NCBI GenBank assembly: GCA_963741205.1
Contig: CAVUHW010000028.1
Location: 33,526 to 97,525, forward strand
From: Nitrospirota bacterium
GTDB taxonomy: Bacteria > Nitrospirota > UBA9217
Length of the DNA stretch: 64,000 nt
Direction of reading: 5' to 3'
Positions 10,830 to 19,954 of this stretch are shown piece after piece. Position 1 is the first letter of the stretch. Each line of letters opens with the position of its first letter. A program made the position numbers and the translations under genes. The notes beneath the pieces are model-generated. The model was not told the DNA's origin and ran no database searches. It saw nothing but the letters and a program-made list of their open reading frames with translations.

Positions 10830-11501
10830 TTACAATACCCTTTTGGGACGGTACCAAACAACCGCAAAACCATCTCGACCAAGCATGCCCGCCTTATAGA
10901 GCTTCAATGTCCTGTGAACGGTCGCCCGCGGTATTCGCACCTTCTCAACGATCTGCCTGACGGATAGCTTCTCGCTCTCATGTGCGTCGATGATCTTCGC
11001 CAGGGAAGCCGGTGCGGATGACTTCCTCCCGATCTTTATGCCCTTCTGTTTTGCGAGTGCCATACCCGCCTTCACCCGCTCCTGAATTAGGGAACGCTCA
11101 AATTCCGCCATTGCGCCGATAATAGGAAACATCATCCTGCCCGCAGGTGTAGATAGGTCAATATTTTCCTGATAGGATACAAAGGACACTCCAAGGCTTT
11201 GCAATTCGCTCAGGGAATTAATGAGATGCTTTAAGGACCTCCCCCACTCGTCGAGTTTCCAGACGACTATGCAATCGATTTTCCTTTTTCGAGCATCGTC
11301 TAATAGCCTGTCGAGTTGAGGTCTCCGGTCTTTTGCGCCTGACTGCCCGATATCAACATACTCACCTATTATTGACCAGCCCCTCACTTGGCAAAATTCA
11401 TTGATAGGGTTTAATTGAAGATCGGGTTCTGGCTTTTATCAGCCGTTGATATCCTGGCGTAAATGCCGACACGAGCAATTCTTATTTTCCAATTCGTTCA
11501 T
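10830..11501 (-). CDS. serine recombinase (resolvase/invertase family); two compensating frame breaks in the N-terminal catalytic region
   Basis: ORF 10830..11387 contains CIVVWKLDEWGRSLKHL, GRMMFPIIGAMAEFERSLIQERVKAGMALAKQKG and a C-terminal HTH (SVRQIVEKVRIPRATVHRTL). Upstream, the ATG at 11501 (GGAAGGAG RBS) is in the same phase. The catalytic-serine block RIARVGIYARISTADKSQN reads in another frame between about 11480 and 11420. Confidence 0.8.
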
Positions 11502-11544
11502 AATATGCTCCTTCCGATATGAATCTCATGGTTGTCGGTGCAAG

Positions 11545-11721
11545 TTACTTCTTCTTTGCCTTGTCAAGACTTAACTCTTCCTCAGTCAGCGCGCTGGAGA
11601 ACTACGACAGGTTTTCCCAACTTAGTGATGATGATCTGCCTGCCGGTACGCTAGACTCGGCCACGATCTGCGTGGCCCTCTGCCGTAACTCTGAAACCGT
11701 CACGAATTTCAAATTAACCAT
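11545..11721 (-). CDS. Phd/YefM-like antitoxin-type small DNA-binding protein; two compensating frame breaks
   Basis: The ATG at 11721 has GGAG 5 nt upstream. Frame A reads MVNLKFVTVSELRQRATQIVAE... The middle piece in another frame reads QIIITKLGKPVVVLQ, the Phd/YefM hallmark. Frame A resumes with SALTEEELSLDKAKKK and the stop at 11545-11547. The 177-nt span is divisible by 3. Confidence 0.55.
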
Positions 11722-11750
11722 GTCTACTCCCTTCCAGCATGATAGACAAT

Positions 11751-11779
11751 ATTATAGACATTATTTTAGCTATTGTCAA
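11751..11779 (-). promoter_or_regulatory. consensus sigma70-type promoter TTGACA-17-TATAAT with TGTCTAT direct repeats
   Basis: The minus strand reads cTTGACAatagctaaaataatgtcTATAATattgtctatcatgctggaagggagtagacATG. The -35 box is at 11779-11774 and the -10 box at 11756-11751, with a 17-nt spacer. TGTCTAT occurs twice, once overlapping the -10 box and once at about +1. Confidence 0.6.
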
Positions 11780-12175
11780 GAGTAGAAAGGGAGTAAGACT
11801 GGTCTGGGTGTGAACTCAATGATCTTTGCCTTCGTCGGTTCCCCTGTTCGCAAGGTGGCGGCTTCTTTGCTTGAGGCCGTTACTCAACTTTGGTTTACGA
11901 ATACCCACAAAATACACAACTCATTTCTATTGACATCACCCATCATCACATATATAATTTTGTCCATCACCGTTTTTTTCAAGCTACGCAATTAGCCTTG
12001 AATTAAATACCAGCAGACCACCACTCTACACCAACGAATAACTCAAATGGTCAAGTTAGCTTAACTTTCAAAGAAAACGGAGATTCTAAATTTGTCTTTG
12101 TATACGCGACGAAGGATAACCTTAATGTAGTAACATCTCAACCATTTCAAAAAAGTTATTAGGATGGGGGAAACG

Positions 12176-13053
12176 ATGTCAATTAATTGTAGGGTTTTAC
12201 GAGTTGTGACAGTGATGGTTTTCGGTGCTCTCTTTATCTTCGCATCGAGCGTTTATGCAGATACTATTTATCTCAAAGATGGGACGTTGACAAAAAGGGG
12301 CGGTCAAGAGCGAAGATGAAAAAACAATATTAATTGAAATCGGCAATACTTGGAAGAGAGTTGATAAAAGCAATATTGAAAGCATGACCAAAGATGCAGT
12401 CCCCGCAGTTCCTGCAGAACAGCAGGCCGAAACAAACGTCCCGGCTCAACAACCAAGCGCAAAAACGTCTAAAGAAGTAACAGATTTACGTTTAAAGTTC
12501 GGAACTGCTGCGCAGGTAGAAAAAATAATCGAAAACGGCACCTCTTTTGATTTGAATAGTGAGAATCACCGCAACATTCAAATAGATGTTAATACAATAA
12601 TGTATGGACAGTCGGATATAGGGCTATTACTAAGTGCTGGCCTTTTTGGGAGGCAACATTCCGGCCACGATAAAGACGTATCCCAACTTAAAGTCGATTA
12701 CCGTGCTGGTGGCGTCAGTCTTGGCATTGGTGTGGGGATGAAGGCTAACGAGCATCTGCATTTTGAAGGTAAAGGAGAACTCGGTTTGGGAGACGGGAAA
12801 TGCGACGATAAAAGTTCCGGGACCGGGACCAATTAGCATTACAACGGAAAGGGGGGAGTATGTATCATTTTCGTTCATTGCTGGCGCGTACTATACATTC
12901 AGCAAACCAGGTCTTCAAATTGGTTTAGAACTTGGGGCTCAATCATTCAGCGGAAAATTTACAATAAAAGATAACACCGTTAATCAGACCTCCAACGAAG
13001 AAGTAAAGGGAACTGGTGGTACTGCAAACTTAGTTGTTGGCTATCGTTTCTAA
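12176..13053 (+). CDS. outer-membrane beta-barrel protein with signal peptide; two frame breaks
   Basis: ATG at 12176, signal peptide VVTVMVFGALFIFASSVYA, then DTIYLKDGTLTK. A frame break at the A5G4 run (12292-12300) leads to GAVKSEDEKTILIEIGNTWKRVDKSNIESM (ORF 12384..12836). A second break lies near 12800. The C-terminus ...GTGGTANLVVGYRF ends in the aromatic residue typical of OMP barrels. Confidence 0.6.
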
Positions 13054-13200
13054 AAGATAAATATAGAATCGAGACTCGGAGATTATTGAGCCGCATTTTC
13101 AGTAAGTGTCCTTCGGCTTGATTTCAGGTTCTGGCATCACCATAAGAGAGGATACAGGCAAGCGGTCGGTATTAAACTACTTAACTCTGAAAAGGAGGAA

Positions 13201-13924
13201 ATGACAATGAGGAAGAGCATTGCATGGGCTGTCATTTGTTTATTGGCTGAAATAGGCTTGACCGCTTGCGGTGGTAGCGGTGGTGGCGGTGGGAATTCGA
13301 CGCCTGAACTACGCCTGCTAGGCACTGTCGTTAACCTTAGCCAGATCAAGAATTTCGCGGAAGCAACAACACCAGGGAGTACAATTTCCTTTACTGTGGC
13401 AGGCTCAATCGATACCCACGAAACTGACAGGGTTATTCTCTTTAGCGATCTCTTCGCCATCCATCACATCAACGCCCACAGGCACACAAACTGTTAATGT
13501 GCTGGTGCAAAACGTATCTTTAACGAACCCGAGTACGGGCGCGTCTGTGTCAGCCACGACTACTTACTACTGCTATCAAACAGGCTACCTCTATAAAATA
13601 GTTCATGATGATGGAACTATATCTACCCCAACCTCTCAGACATTATTACCCTCATCTGCAAAAGTAGGAGATTTCGGTGACGACATGGTGCTAAGCAACT
13701 CCGATGGAACCACTGAAACAAGTACCTGGAGAATAGACCCAGGCACAAATGGAGATGCCATATTCGTCTACTCTTTCACCGACAGGGATAGCTCTAATGT
13801 AGTGACGGAAACATCGGAAGATGCCTATACAATAAAGCCAGATGGGTCGATAACAGCGATATCGACAAAATTCAATGATCCGGGGACAGGTAGGTCCGGG
13901 ATCATGTCCGGCAATAAGAATTAA
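13201..13924 (+). CDS. lipoprotein of unknown function; one frame break
   Basis: The lipobox signal MRKSIAWAVICLLAEIGLTAC is followed by a Gly-rich linker. ORF 13201..13497 continues, after a break near 13440, as SSPSITSTPTGTQTVNVLVQNVSLTNPSTGASV... (ORF 13499..13924). Confidence 0.55.
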
Positions 13925-14466
13925 GCAATTATTGCCTATCGGTTTGAGTTACAATCGACTATTTAATGGAAAGGGACGGCAAATTGTACCTTCCTATCGA
14001 AGCGATTTCACTAAAGAAATTGCGATAACACACACAAAAGGGATTCGAGCCATCGTTATCGCCGCGTCCCTTATCTTTACCTAGCAGGTCACTGACTCCA
14101 CATCGCCGTCTTCGGGAACTCGATGATGGTAAAAAGACTTTTTTCAATTCTATCAATCCTGTAAGAAAAGGCCCACGGTTGCCCAAGGACGTTATCAACG
14201 TATTGCTTGTGTCGGTTCGTGTGTCAGAAGAGGGTTCAAATCAGAGTAAACATCACCACGCTTTTTTCGGCATCTCTTAGGTATTCTGTCCGACTGTGAA
14301 TGTATCTGTCAGTACGGGATGATAGCTGGATTATATGTATTGCTCAAGTAATAAAAAAAAGCCCGGAATGTCTTTGTCCGAGTCTTGTCCGATGAATATT
14401 TGTACCATTTGTGTACCAAAAAAAATAAGAAAGCGCCGTAAAGGCTCTGATTCTTTTAAGAATTAT

Positions 14467-14544
14467 TGGCGTCCCCAGGGGGATTCGAACCCCTGTTATC
14501 GCCGTGAAAGGGCGGTGTCCTGGGCCGGGCTAGACGATGGGGAC
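14467..14544 (-). tRNA. tRNA-Glu (anticodon TTC), CCA encoded
   Basis: The reverse complement reads GTCCCCATCGTCTAGCCCGGCCCAGGACACCGCCCTTTCACGGCGATAACAGGGGTTCGAATCCCCCTGGGGACGCCA. It is close to the classical bacterial tRNA-Glu(UUC) sequence, with anticodon loop CTTTCAC. Confidence 0.9.
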
Positions 14545-14656
14545 GTACTAACATATGAACTCAGAGTTCAAAGTAAAGTGCAAATTAACAAATCTCTCAG
14601 ATGCAACTTTCTACTTTGCACTTTTTTCTAACTCTGTACTCTCAACTGTTTTTAAA

Positions 14657-14732
14657 TGGTGAGCCGGCTGGGACTCGAACCCAGGACACCCGCCTTAAAA
14701 GGGCGGTGCTCTACCAACTGAGCTACCGGCCC
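14657..14732 (-). tRNA. tRNA-Lys (anticodon TTT), CCA encoded
   Basis: The reverse complement reads GGGCCGGTAGCTCAGTTGGTAGAGCACCGCCCTTTTAAGGCGGGTGTCCTGGGTTCGAGTCCCAGCCGGCTCACCA. The cloverleaf is regular. The anticodon stem is CCGCC/GGCGG and the loop is CTTTTAA. Confidence 0.92.
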
Positions 14733-14874
14733 ATCGACCTCGATTAAAGACGCGTATATTAACAGAGAATTCCGCTCTCTGTCAATAGAAAACCAGGCAG
14801 GGTCATGCCAGGGGCAAGGGTCACGGAGCTTCAAATCAAAGGCGGTCCAGCCAGTTCTTTGCGAGAAACTCCGA

Positions 14875-16190
14875 TTACTGTTTTGTCGCCTTCTTCTTGA
14901 ACGGCTGCTCAAGGATGATGGTCTCGTCCCTGCGCGCGCCGGTCGAGATGATGGCCGGCTTGACCCCGCAGAGCTTGCAGAGCTTCTCCACGTAGGCCCG
15001 GGCCTTTTTCGGCAGGTCGTCGTATTTCCTGACGCCGATGGTGGTCTGCTTCCAGCCGGGCATGGTGATGTACTGCGGCTCCCTTTTTCCAGCACGGCGA
15101 GCTCCGACGGCATCTCTTCGTAGAGTTTCCCCTTGTACTTGTAGCCCACGCAGATCTTGAGCTCGTCGAGGGTGTCGAGCACGTCGAGCTTGGTGATGGC
15201 CGACGCTCGTCATGCCGTTTACGCGCACGGCATGGCGGATGATGAGGGTGTCCGCCCAGCCGCACCGCCGCGGCCTGCCGGTCGTGGCGCCGTATTCCTT
15301 GCCGCGGGCGCGGAGCAGCTCTCCCAGCTCGTTCTCCTGCTCCGTGGGGAAGGGTCCGCTGCCCACGCGGGTGGTATAGGCCTTGACGATGCCCATCACC
15401 TCGGTGATCGAGTTCGGGCCGATGCCGAGGCCCGTGCAGGCGCCGCCCGCCGTGGGGCTGGACGAGGTCACAAAGGGATAGGTCCCGTGGTCCACGTCCA
15501 GGTGCGTGCCCTGCGCCCCTTCGGCAAGGATCTTTCTTGTTTTTGCCGATCGACTGATTGAGGAACAGCGTGGTATCGGCGATATACTTTTTGAGGCGTC
15601 TTGGCATATCCCAGGTATTCCTCGTACACCTGGTCCAGGTGCACCACGCGGCGCATTGTAGAAACGTTCGAGCAGGAAGTTCGCCTCGCCGGTGTTGCTC
15701 GCGAGCTTTTCGCGGAACATCGCCGGATCCAGGAGATCGGCCATCCTGATGCCCTTGCGGTTGATCTTGTCGGCATAGGCCGGGCCGATGCCGCGGCCCG
15801 TGGTCCCGATCTTCTTGTTGCCCTTGAGCTTCTCGCTCGCGACATCGAGCGCCTTGTGGTACGGCATGATCAGATGGGCGTTCTTGCTGATCAGGAGGCT
15901 GTCGTCGAACTTGATGCCGCGCTTTGGCCATGGCGTCCATTTCTTCGAGGAGCGCGGACGGGATCGATCGACCACGCCGTTTCCGATGATGCATTTCTTG
16001 CCCCTGTGCAGGATGCCCGGAGGGGACCAGGTGCAGGATGAACTCGTCCATGCCCGACCACGACCGTATGACCGGCGTTGTGGCCCCCCTGGTAGCGCGC
16101 GACGATATCCGCCCGCTCGGTCAGGAGGTCGATGATCTTTCCCTTGCCTTCATCGCCCCACTGGGCGCCGACAACGACTAAAACTGGCAT
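14875..16190 (-). CDS. purA: adenylosuccinate synthetase; several frame breaks
   Basis: The N-terminus is [43 protein letters not shown] (start at 16190). Later blocks lie in other frames: [70 protein letters not shown] and [19 protein letters not shown]. The protein ends ...[16 protein letters not shown]. Confidence 0.88.
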
Positions 16191-16203
16191 TGCAAACTCC
16201 TTT

Positions 16204-16268
16204 ATTGGAAATTGCAAATTGGAAATTGACAGATGAACGAATGCTTCATTTCCAATTTCCAATATTGC
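16204..16268. repeat. intergenic imperfect hairpin with tandem-unit arms (GGAAATTG units; CAGATGAAC in the loop)
   Basis: attggaaattgcaaattggaaattga / cagatgaacgaatgct / tcatttccaatttccaatattgc. It lies between the serA stop and the purA start. Confidence 0.6.
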
Positions 16269-16366
16269 CTGCACTGCGCTTCCACACCTGCATTCGCGCT
16301 ATGCTTCATACGCTGGCCGCACTTCGCTGGTGCAGGCAATTCAATTCATTCCGCCAAAGCGGAATG

Positions 16367-17951
16367 CTATATCTTGATCTGCTTCACCGACAGCACGTTC
16401 GGCAGCTGTCTTGATCTTTGCCATGAGCTCGTCGGACACGACGCTGTCGATGCTTACCACCGACATGGCCAGGCCGCCCTGCTTCTCGCGGCCGAACTGC
16501 ATGCGCGCGATGTTGATCGCCGTTCTGGCCGAGGAGCATGCCGATGCCGCCGATAACGCCCGGTTTGTCGTTGTTCATGAGCACCAGCATGTCGCCCTCG
16601 GGCACCGTCTCCATGGGGAAATTGTCCACCTGGATGATGCGCGGCTCTTTCTTGCTGTTCAGCGTGCCCGGAAGCGGACACGTCCCTGCCGCCCGCCTTG
16701 ATCCGGAGCGTGACGAGGCTCGTATACTCGGTAGCCCCGGTGGACTTGGACACCTTGACCTCGATGCCCCGGTCCTTGGCGATGAGCGGCGCGTTCACGT
16801 AGTTCACGTTCTCCTGCAGGGTCGGCGTGAGCAGGCCCTTGAGCGCCGCGAGCGTGATCGGCTCCTGTTTGAGGTTCGCCACCTCCCCGCTGTACTCCAC
16901 GGTCACCTGGGTGAGGCCGCCCTCGGAGAGCTGGGCGATGAACAGGCCCATGCGCTCCGCAAGGTTGATGTAGGGAGAGAGCGTCGGGAGCTGGTCCGCG
17001 GGCACCGACGGCACGTTCACGGCGTTCCGCACGGTCCCGGCGACGAGGTAATCCACGATCTGCTCGGCCACGGCAACGGCCACGTTCTCCTGGGCCTCCC
17101 GGGTGGAAGCGCCGAGATGCGGCGTGGCGATAAAGTTGTCGAGGGTCAGGAGCGGATGGTTCTCCGGCGGCTCCTTCTCGAACACGTCGAAGGCCGCTGC
17201 CGCGACCTTGCCGCTCTTCAAGCGCCTCGTAAGAGATCCTGCTCGTTCACGATGCCGCCGCGGGCGCAGTTGATGATGCGCACGCCGTCCTTCATCTGGG
17301 CGATCGTGTCCTTGTTGATCAGGTTCGCCGTTTCCTTGGTCTTGGGCGTATGGATCGTGATGAAGTCGGACCGCTTGTAGAGCGTCGGCAGGTCCGCGAG
17401 CTCGATGCCGAGGCGACTTCGCCTTTTCCGCGGAGATGAACGGGATCATAGGCCAGGACCTTCATGCCGAGCCCGATGGCCCGGTTCGCGACCACGCCGC
17501 CGATCGCGCCCAGCCCGACGATCCCCAGGGTCTTGTCGTAGAGCTCGACGCCCTCGAACTTCTTCTTTTCCCACTTGCCCGCCTTGAGCGAGGCGTAGGA
17601 CTGGGGGATCATCCGGGCGCAGGCGAAGATCATGCCGATGGTGTGCTCCGCCGTGGTGACCGTGTTGCCGCCGGGCGTGTTCATCACCACAACGCCCTTC
17701 TTGGTGGCCGCCGGGATGTCCACGTTGTCCAGGCCGCTGCCCGCGCGGCCCACGACCTTGAGCTTCGCCGCCTTCTCGAGCAGCCCCGCCGTGACCTTGG
17801 TGGCCGAGCGGATGATCAGCGCGTCGTAGTCGCCGATGATCTTCTCGATCTCCTCGACCGAGGTCTTGCTCCGGGCGTCCACCTCGAGCCCGGCCTTTTT
17901 CAAGATCTCCACCCCGACGGGGGAGAGGTTGTCGCTGATGAGAACCTTCAT
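16367..17951 (-). CDS. serA: D-3-phosphoglycerate dehydrogenase with C-terminal ACT domain; frame breaks
   Basis: The start at 17951 has GGAGGTATC upstream. The sequence reads MKVLISDNLSPVGVEILKKAGLEV...VVGRAGSGLDNVDIPAATKKGVVVMNTPGGN...LGIVGLGAIGGVVANRA. The ACT part is LVLMNNDKPGVIGGIGMLLGQNG, and the C-terminal frame ends QLPNVLSVKQIKI with the stop at 16367-16369. Confidence 0.88.
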
Positions 17952-17973
17952 GATACCTCCTAAATGCAGATGT

Positions 17974-18053
17974 AACCACAGATGAACACGGATGGACACA
18001 AAATTAAATCCTTAATTCAGCTTTAAATAGCTTTACCGTGTTCATCTGTGGTT
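17974..18053. repeat. 18-bp perfect inverted repeat (AACCACAGATGAACACGG / CCGTGTTCATCTGTGGTT) with 44-nt spacer
   Basis: The arms lie at 17974-17991 and 18036-18053. They fill the spacer between the aminotransferase stop (18060) and the serA start (17951). Confidence 0.8.
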
Positions 18054-18059
18054 AATAAT

Positions 18060-19199
18060 TTATTTCATCAATATTTCCTGCGCCGCGCCGACGCCCGTAC
18101 CGAGCTTCACCGGATGGCCCAGGCCCTTCAGGACCATCTCGATGCCGGCAATGGCCGTGATCACGTCGAAGGTATCGGCATAGCCCAGGTGCGCGATGCG
18201 GAAGATCTTGCCCTTGAGCTTGTCCTGGCCTCCGGCGCCGGTGATGCCGTACTTCACGCGAAGGTCCTTATAGATCGCCTGGCCGTCAACGCCCGCGGGC
18301 GCTTCAATGGCCGTGAGCGCATTGCTCGGAGCTTTCCTTCGGGAAGAGCTTGAGGCCGAGGGCCGCGGCCCCCGCGCGGGTCGCCCGGGCGAGACGGTCG
18401 TGGCGGCGCAAACACCTTCTCGAGCCCTTCATCCTGGAGCATCTTGATGCAGGAGTTGAGCCCGATGATGAGCGTCACCGCCGAGGTGAAATTCGTCTGG
18501 TTCTTGGCCAGGTTCTCGCGCTCTTTCTTGAAATTGAAATAGAACTTCGGCGTCTTGGCCGTATCGGCCATCTTCCATGCCTTGTCGGAGACGGACACGA
18601 AGGCGAGCCCCGGGCGGAAGCATCACGCCCTTCTGCGAGCCGCCGATCATGACGTCGATGCCCCACTCGTCGGTCCTGATGTCGTGCGCCACGAGGGCCG
18701 AGATCGCATCGACGACAAAGAGCGCGTCGGTCTTCTTGACGACCGCCGCGACGGACTTGACGTCATGGTACACGCCGGTGGACGTCTCGTTCGCCTGGAT
18801 GAAGACGGCCTTGATCTTCGGGTTCTTCTTGAGCGCGGCCTCGACCTGCTCGGCCTTCACCGCATGGCCCCACTCCACGATGAGCTCTTCGACCTTCATG
18901 CCGTAGGCCTGGCAGATCTTGGTCCAGCGTTCGCCGAACTTACCGCCGTTGACGACCAGCACGTCGTCGCCGGGGCTCAGGAAGTTGGTCACCGAGCCGA
19001 CCATGCCGCCGGTGCCGGTGGAGCAGAGGATGAGCACGTCGTTCTTGGTCTGGTAGAGCCACTGAAGGCCCTTTTTTGCGGAATCGAGCACCGGAAGGAA
19101 ATCCGGCGCCCGGTGGTGGATGATCGGCATGGCCATGGCCAGAAGCGCCTCAGGGGGCACCGGGGTCGGGCCAGGGGCCAGAAGATATTTTTTCTGCAT
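18060..19199 (-). CDS. class-V (serine-pyruvate / phosphoserine-type) aminotransferase; frame breaks
   Basis: MQKKYLLAPGPTPVPPEALLAMAMPIIHHRAPDF...LILCSTGTGGMVGSVTNFLSPGDDVLVVNGGKFGERW...VVDAISALVAHDIRTDEWGIDVMIGGSQKG, with the C-terminus in ORF 18060..18257. It sits directly upstream of serA, suggesting a role in serine biosynthesis. Confidence 0.8.
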
Positions 19200-19504
19200 G
19201 GGTATATCCTCCATTAATAAGGGTAAGCGAAAACGCCTGTCAGGTTGTTTATCTGGTACAGCGCTGATATACGTAATCGTATTATGCTGAAGAAGATTAT
19301 AGTCCCGCCGGGGCGGGACCTATGCCCGGGGTTGGCGTGTCGCTGGGATATTGTGGGTGTCTGTGCTGTTTCAAGAGGTGCTGCCTTTCTTTAGCTTATT
19401 CAGGCCAAAAACCATGTGACAGTAGCATAAGCCGATGAAAATTGTCAAGAAAATAGTTCCCCGGAACAGCAAGCTGCTCCAGGGCATCATGAAGCGAAAT
19501 AATC

Positions 19505-19900
19505 CTACTTTTGCATGATGTCCATAATCAGGCTTAATGAAACCACGGGGTTCGTGCGGTCATTGGAATACACGCTGACGTGCTTTTCGAGAGGACCGTT
19601 CTTCCCGGTCGTATCAACACTCGCCTTGATCTGCCCGACGGCCCCCGGATCCAGGTGATCCGAACTGATCACCGCGGCGGTGCACCCTCAGGAGGTCTGG
19701 ACCCGCTCTATGATCAGCGGTTCCGTGCCCGCATTGCGCACCTCGAAAACATGGGTGGCCTGCGTCCCCTGAACGACTTTGCCGAAATCATACTTCCATT
19801 CCTTGATCTCGATCTTCGGTGCCTTGGCCTCCTGGGCCGCAATCAGGCCGGCGTAAAGGAAGAAGGCCATGAGAATGCTTAACCATGCCATCCTTTTCAT
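19505..19900 (-). CDS. secreted DUF1573-family protein with an in-frame TGA (19688-19690) at the first Cys of the SCGCT motif (candidate Sec)
   Basis: MKRMAWLSILMAFFLYAGLIAAQEA (signal), then ...FGKVVQGTQATHVFEVRNAGTEPLIIERVQTS-TGA-GCTAAVISSDHLDPGAVGQIKASVDTTGKNGPLEKHVSVYSNDRTNPVVSLSLIMDIMQK, ending at TAG 19505-19507. The frame is the same on both sides of the TGA. Confidence 0.7.
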
Positions 19901-19954
19901 ACGTCAGCTTCCTCTCTGCGAAGATGTTTCACATCCTTCATTTATTCCGCATCC

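Larger units (their letters stand above)
10561..14466. mobile_element. putative low-GC genomic island adjacent to tRNA-Glu/tRNA-Lys (boundaries approximate)
   Basis: GC falls to about 40% on spot-checked lines, against about 60% elsewhere. Content: serine recombinase, Phd/YefM-like gene, outer-membrane beta-barrel gene and lipoprotein gene, ending at a tRNA gene. No flanking direct repeats were found by eye. Confidence 0.4.

Noticed and set aside
11388-11545. Search for a toxin gene downstream of the Phd/YefM-like gene.
   Set aside because: The 44-nt gap is followed directly by the recombinase RBS and ATG. No RelE, ParE, Doc or PIN-like ORF appears in any frame.
14467-14544. Odd T-arm of tRNA-Glu (AGGGG / CCCCC gives an A-C mismatch, and the gene is 78 nt long).
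   Set aside because: It is probably one extra C in a C-run, the same error class as elsewhere. All other features match canonical tRNA-Glu(UUC).
14652-15182. 176-aa minus-strand ORF ending inside tRNA-Lys.
   Set aside because: Its 3' part is the translated tRNA gene and spacer. Only its first 40 or so codons are real, as a purA fragment in one of the shifted frames.
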